Below, in pieces: positions 60,100-64,000 of a DNA stretch of 64,000 nucleotides. Each line of letters opens with the position of its first letter. Position 1 is the stretch's first letter. The DNA is from an uncultured Chloroflexia bacterium (GTDB lineage Bacteria; Chloroflexota; Limnocylindria; Limnocylindrales; CSP1-4): positions 291,749-355,748 of the forward strand of contig CAWEKG010000003.1 in assembly GCA_963809595.1 (NCBI GenBank), read 5' to 3'. The position numbers and the translations under genes were made by a program. The notes below the pieces were generated by a model, which saw nothing but the letters and a program-made list of their open reading frames with translations, was not told the DNA's origin and did not search any database.

Positions 60100-61146
60100 T
60101 GCGCGCTCCTTCGGCTGGTCCGCTCGTGGACGAGGTCGACGAGACGGCGGAGGTCGTCGGGATCGGTCTCGGGCAGGACGCCGTGACCGAGGTTGAAGAC
60201 GTGGCCCGGGCGACCGCCGGCCTGGTCCAGGATCCAGTCCGCGGCGTCGGCGACCGCCTCGAACGGGCCGAGGAGGAGAGCCGGGTCGAGGTTCCCCTGG
60301 ACGGCCCGGTCGCCGACCAGCTCCCAGCCGTCGTCCAGGGCGATCCGCCAGTCGAGCCCGATCACGTCGCCGCCCGCCTCGGCCTGCCGGGAGAGCAGGC
60401 CGGCGGTCCCGATGCCGAAATGGGTCCGCGGGACGCCGAGGGGGGCGAGGCCGTCGAACAAGCGGCGCATCCAGGGCCCGACGTGGAGGTCGTAGTCGCG
60501 TGGCCCGAGACCGCCGACCCACGAGTCGAAGACCTGGACCGCCTGGGCCCCGGCCGCCACCTGCGCGCCGAGGTAGGCGATCGTCGTCTCGACGAGACGC
60601 TCCATGAGCGTCGCCCAGGCCGTCGGCTCGGCGTGCATGAAGGCGCGGGTCCGCAGGAACTCGCGCGACGGGCCGCCCTCGATGAGGTAGCAGGCGAGGG
60701 TGAACGGCGCCCCGGCGAAGCCGATGAGCGGGACCGGCGAGGCCGCCCGGATGAGCCGGATCGCCTCGAGGAGGGGACCGACCGCGGCCTCCGGATCGAA
60801 CGCCCGGAGCCGGGCCACGTCGGCGGCCGTCCGGATCGGCGTCTCGATGACCGGCCCGACGCCCGGCCTGATGTCGAAGGCGACGCCGAGCCCGGTGAAC
60901 GGCGTCGTGATGTCGGCGAAGAGGATCGCCGCGTCCACGCCGAGCCGGCGGACCGGCTGGAGGGTGACCTCGGCGCAGAGGGCCGGATCCCGGGTGATCT
61001 CGATGAGCGAGGCGCGCTCCCGGACGGCCCGGAACTCGGGCAGCGAGCGGCCGGCCTGGCGCATGAACCAGACCGGGGTCGCGTCGACCGGCTCGCGCCG
61101 GCAGGCGCGCAGGTAGCGCTCGGCCCGCGGATCGACGGCGGGGCAC
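60096..61146 (-). CDS. hemE: uroporphyrinogen decarboxylase; the N-terminus reads through without a canonical start in the current frame
   Basis: PVWFMRQAGR, ITRDPALCAEVTLQP and LIGFAGAPFTLACYLIEGG are classic URO-D motifs. In frame there is no ATG/GTG/TTG between the hemL stop (61188) and ...RYLRACRREPVDATPVW. Removing one C from the CCCC run at 61140-61143 gives a GTG start (V-PAVDPRAERYLRAC...). Confidence 0.8.
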
Positions 61147-61187
61147 GCCGGAGCCCGGACCCGAGGCGGCGAGGACCGGCGACCCGG

Positions 61188-62478
61188 TCACGAGCGGAAG
61201 GCCGCCCGGGCGGCCTCGATCGTCTCGGCCACCACCTCCGGCGCCGTGGGCCAGGGAGATGAACCAGGCCTCGAACTGGGACGGCGGGAGGAGGACGCCG
61301 GCATCGAGCATCGCCCCGAAGAACCGGGCGAAGGCGTCTCGATCGGACTCGCCGGCCTCGGCGTAGTCGCGCGGGGCCGCCGCCCGGAAGAAGACCGTCA
61401 GCAGGGCTCCCACCCGGCCGATCGAGATGCTCGCCCCGGCCGCCGCGGCCGCGTCCCGCAGACCGCTCTCGAGGGCCGCCCCGGTCGCCTCCAGCTCGAC
61501 GTAGCGGTCGGGTCCCAGGTGGCGCAGCGTGGCGACCCCGGCGGCCATCGTCAGGGGATGCCCGGAGAGGGTCCCGGCCTGGTAGACCGGACCGGCCGGG
61601 GCGACCAGGTCCATGATGTCGCGGCGGCCGCCGTAGGCGCCGACCGGCAGACCGCCGCCGATGATCTTGCCCAGGACCGTCAGGTCCGGGCGCATCCCGT
61701 AGCGCGCCTGGGCGCCGCCGTGGGCGACCCGGAAGCCGGTGATGACCTCGTCGAAGATGAGCAGGGCGCCATCGGCGGTGGTGACCTCGCGGAGCCCCTC
61801 GAGGAAGCCCGGGGCGGGCGGCACGACCCCGACGTTGGCGGCGACCGGCTCGACGATGATCGCGGCGATCCGGCCGGGGTGCCGCTCGAACGCCTCGCGG
61901 ACGGCGGCCAGGTCGTTGTAGGGCACGACGACCGTGGCCTCGGCGATGCTGGCCGGGACGCCGGCGCTGCCCGGGATGGCCAGCGTGGCGATGCCCGAGC
62001 CGGCCTCCACGAGGAGGCCGTCGGAGTGGCCGTGGTAGCCGCCGGCGAACTTCAGGACGAGGTCGCGGCCGGTGGCGCCGCGGGCGAGCCGGAGCGCGCT
62101 CATCGCGGCCTCGGTGCCCGAGGAGGTGAAGCGGAGTCGCTCCATCGAGGGGAGGGCTGACCGGATCGCCTCGCCCAGCTCGATCTCGCGGGGCGAGGTC
62201 GCCCCGAGGGCGAAGCCGTCGAGGGCCGCCGCCCGGACCGCCTCCACGACGTCCGGATGGGCGTGACCGAGGATCGCCGGCCCCCAGGCGCCGATGTAGT
62301 CGAGGTACCAGCGGCCGTCCGCGTCGCGGACGCGCGGTCCCTCGCCGGCGTCCAGGATGAGCGGCGGTCGGCCGACCGACCGGAAGGCCCGGACCGGGCT
62401 GTTGACGCCGCCCGGGAAGAGGTCCTCGGCTCGCCGGATGAGCTCGGCCTGGCGGGTCTCGATCGTCGTCTCCATCAA
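61188..62478 (-). CDS. hemL: glutamate-1-semialdehyde 2,1-aminomutase, with one frame disruption near 61240
   Basis: TTG/ATG start. GSA-AT motifs are present ([17 protein letters not shown], a PLP Lys region [16 protein letters not shown]). The body is in one frame to ...FISLAHG. The conserved C-terminus [17 protein letters not shown] is in the adjacent frame, with its stop at 61188. Confidence 0.85.
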
Positions 62479-63464
62479 TCGTTCCCTTCGCGGAGCCAGG
62501 CCGCCAGGTCCGCGGCCGCGTAGGTGATCACGAACGTCGCCCCGGCCCGGACGATCGAGGTCGCGGCCTCGAGGTGGGTCCGCCGCCGGTCGATCCAGCC
62601 GAGACGGGCGGCCGCCTCGATCTGGGCGTACTCGCCGCTGACCTGGTAGGCGCCGATCGGGACCTCGAACCGCTCGCGGGCGGCGGCGAGGATGTCGAGC
62701 GAGGGCATCGCCGGCTTGACCAGGAGCATGTCGGCGCCCTCGTCGAGGTCGACCGCCATCTCGCGCATCGCCTCGCGTCGGTTGGCCGGGTCCATCTGGT
62801 AGCCCCGTCGGTCACCGAACGCGGGAGCCGAGTCGGCGGCCTCGCGGAAGGGCCCGTAGAACGCCGAGGCGGTCTTGGCGGCGTAGGCCAGGATCGGGGT
62901 CTCGCTGAAGCCGGCATCGTCGAGACCGGCCCGGATCGCGGCGACCTGGCCGTCCATCATCGCGCTGGGGGCGACGACGTCGGCGCCGGCCCGGGCCTGC
63001 GACGCGGCGGTCTCGGCCAGCCGGGCGATCGCCTCGTCGTTGAGGACGCTGCCCCCGGCGTCCACCGGCCCGCAGTGACCGTGGTCGGTGTACTCGCACA
63101 GGCAGGTGTCGGCGATGAGGACCAGGTCCAGTCCCGCGTCGCGGATCCGGCCGAGCGTCTCCTGGACGATCCCGTCCTCGATCCAGGCGCCGGTCCCGAT
63201 CGGGTCCTTGGCGGCCGGCAGGCCGAACAGGATGACCGCACCGACGTCGAGAGCCGCCAGACGGCGTGACTCGACGACGGCCTCGTCCGGGCTGAGCCGG
63301 GAGACGCCGGGCAGCGACGAGATCGGCGAGCGGGTCGCCCGTCCGGGCTGGACGAAGAGCGGGGCGACGAGCTGGCGGGGGTGGAGACGGGTCTCGCGGA
63401 CCAGCGCCCGGAGCGGGGCGGTCCGGCGCAGGCGCCGAAGGCGGTGGCCGGGGTCGGGGGTCAC
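62475..63464 (-). CDS. hemB: porphobilinogen synthase (delta-aminolevulinate dehydratase)
   Basis: 329 aa with the active-site Lys region (...[12 protein letters not shown]..., [11 protein letters not shown]) and a Zn/Cys-type motif ([14 protein letters not shown]). Confidence 0.9.
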   Translation of the reverse strand: MTPDPGHRLRRLRRTAPLRALVRETRLHPRQLVAPLFVQPGRATRSPISSLPGVSRLSPDEAVVESRRLAALDVGAVILFGLPAAKDPIGTGAWIEDGIVQETLGRIRDAGLDLVLIADTCLCEYTDHGHCGPVDAGGSVLNDEAIARLAETAASQARAGADVVAPSAMMDGQVAAIRAGLDDAGFSETPILAYAAKTASAFYGPFREAADSAPAFGDRRGYQMDPANRREAMREMAVDLDEGADMLLVKPAMPSLDILAAARERFEVPIGAYQVSGEYAQIEAAARLGWIDRRRTHLEAATSIVRAGATFVITYAAADLAAWLREGND

Positions 63465-63489
63465 GGTCGCGGTGGGCGGCGAGCGACGG

Positions 63490-64000
63490 TCATCGGGTCA
63501 CCTCGACGGTGGCGGGGGTCTCGGTCAGCTCGGCGACGATCCCGGCGGCGAGCGCCTCGGCCGATCGACCGGCTGCCTCGCGGACCCGGCCGAAGCCGTG
63601 CTCGCGGGCGACCGTGGCGGTGGCCGGGCCGATGCACCAGGCGGTCGACCGGAGGGCGACCCGGCGGTCCTGGGGCGTGAGCACGGCGAGCAGGCCCCGG
63701 ACCGTGGAGCCGCTGGTGAAGACGACGGCGTCGAACGGGCCCTCGGCGAACGCGGCGGCCAGCGGCGCCCGGGAGTCGGCCGGGCCCTCGACCGTCCGGT
63801 AGGCGACCACCTCGTCGACGATCGCGCCGCGGGCGAGCAGCCGCGTCGGCAGGATCCCGTCGGCGATGTCCGCCCGGGCGAGGAGGACGCGCTCGCCGGG
63901 TCGGATCGGGAGCTCCTCGGCGATGCCTTCGCCGTCGTTCTCGGACGGCACGAAGGCGACCTTGACGCCGCCGGCCGCGAGGACCGCAGCCGTCGCCGGC
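63490..64000 (-). CDS. hemD: uroporphyrinogen-III synthase (partial, runs off the window end)
   Basis: HemD-like C-terminal half (...[14 protein letters not shown]...). The ORF stays open to the window edge. Upstream of hemB as in hemCDB clusters. Confidence 0.7.
   Translation of the reverse strand, partial: PATAAVLAAGGVKVAFVPSENDGEGIAEELPIRPGERVLLARADIADGILPTRLLARGAIVDEVVAYRTVEGPADSRAPLAAAFAEGPFDAVVFTSGSTVRGLLAVLTPQDRRVALRSTAWCIGPATATVAREHGFGRVREAAGRSAEALAAGIVAELTETPATVEVTR

Noticed and set aside
59158-62478. 1106-aa ORF spanning hemL to hemH as a single giant fusion protein
   Set aside because: Only the two ends are protein-like (HemL N-terminal body and ferrochelatase). The middle is an out-of-frame reading across hemE. 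The real HemL C-terminus and stop are in the neighbouring frame at 61188.

Overview
This is a 64-kb, very high-GC (~70%) bacterial chromosomal window. Gene content suggests Actinomycetota: DUF3558-type lipoproteins, a coproporphyrin-type heme gene order and an F420/PNPOx-like protein. It is densely coding, and most of the long antisense ORFs in the six-frame track are GC-driven artefacts. From left to right the window contains:

- **0–8 kb:** an ECF42-like sigma factor, a membrane protein, a large surface protein built from four YbaY-like repeats, a LysM lipoprotein, panB and a panB-coupled unknown gene.
- **8–15 kb:** a secreted S8 subtilase, then a corrinoid protein plus three tandem non-pyrrolysine MttB-family methyltransferase paralogs.
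- **15–28 kb:** an L-arabinose regulon made of araA-araD-adh-araB and a CUT2 sugar ABC transporter with a LacI-type regulator. The two promoters share a ~45-bp palindromic operator block.
- **28–38 kb:** assorted transporters and regulators, including a MacB/FtsX pair, a DsrE/TusA pair and a P-type ATPase.
- **38.7–48.4 kb:** an accessory-looking stretch punctuated by one intact tRNA-Thr(CGU) and three partial copies of it.
- **48–52 kb:** an ECF sigma/anti-sigma pair.
- **54–64 kb:** a tightly packed minus-strand heme operon, hemD-hemB-hemL-hemE-hemH-radical SAM/SPASM-hemY::feoA-feoB. Protoporphyrinogen/coproporphyrinogen oxidase appears fused in frame to a FeoA domain directly upstream of feoB, and a radical-SAM/SPASM protein sits where hemQ would be expected.

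At least seven genes show 1-nt frame disruptions in short G/C runs: the S8 protease, hemL, the hemE start, hemY, the rSAM gene and two accessory genes. Because essential heme genes are affected, these are more likely assembly indels than pseudogenes. No CRISPR array, no recognisable defence island, and no integrase or transposase was seen.
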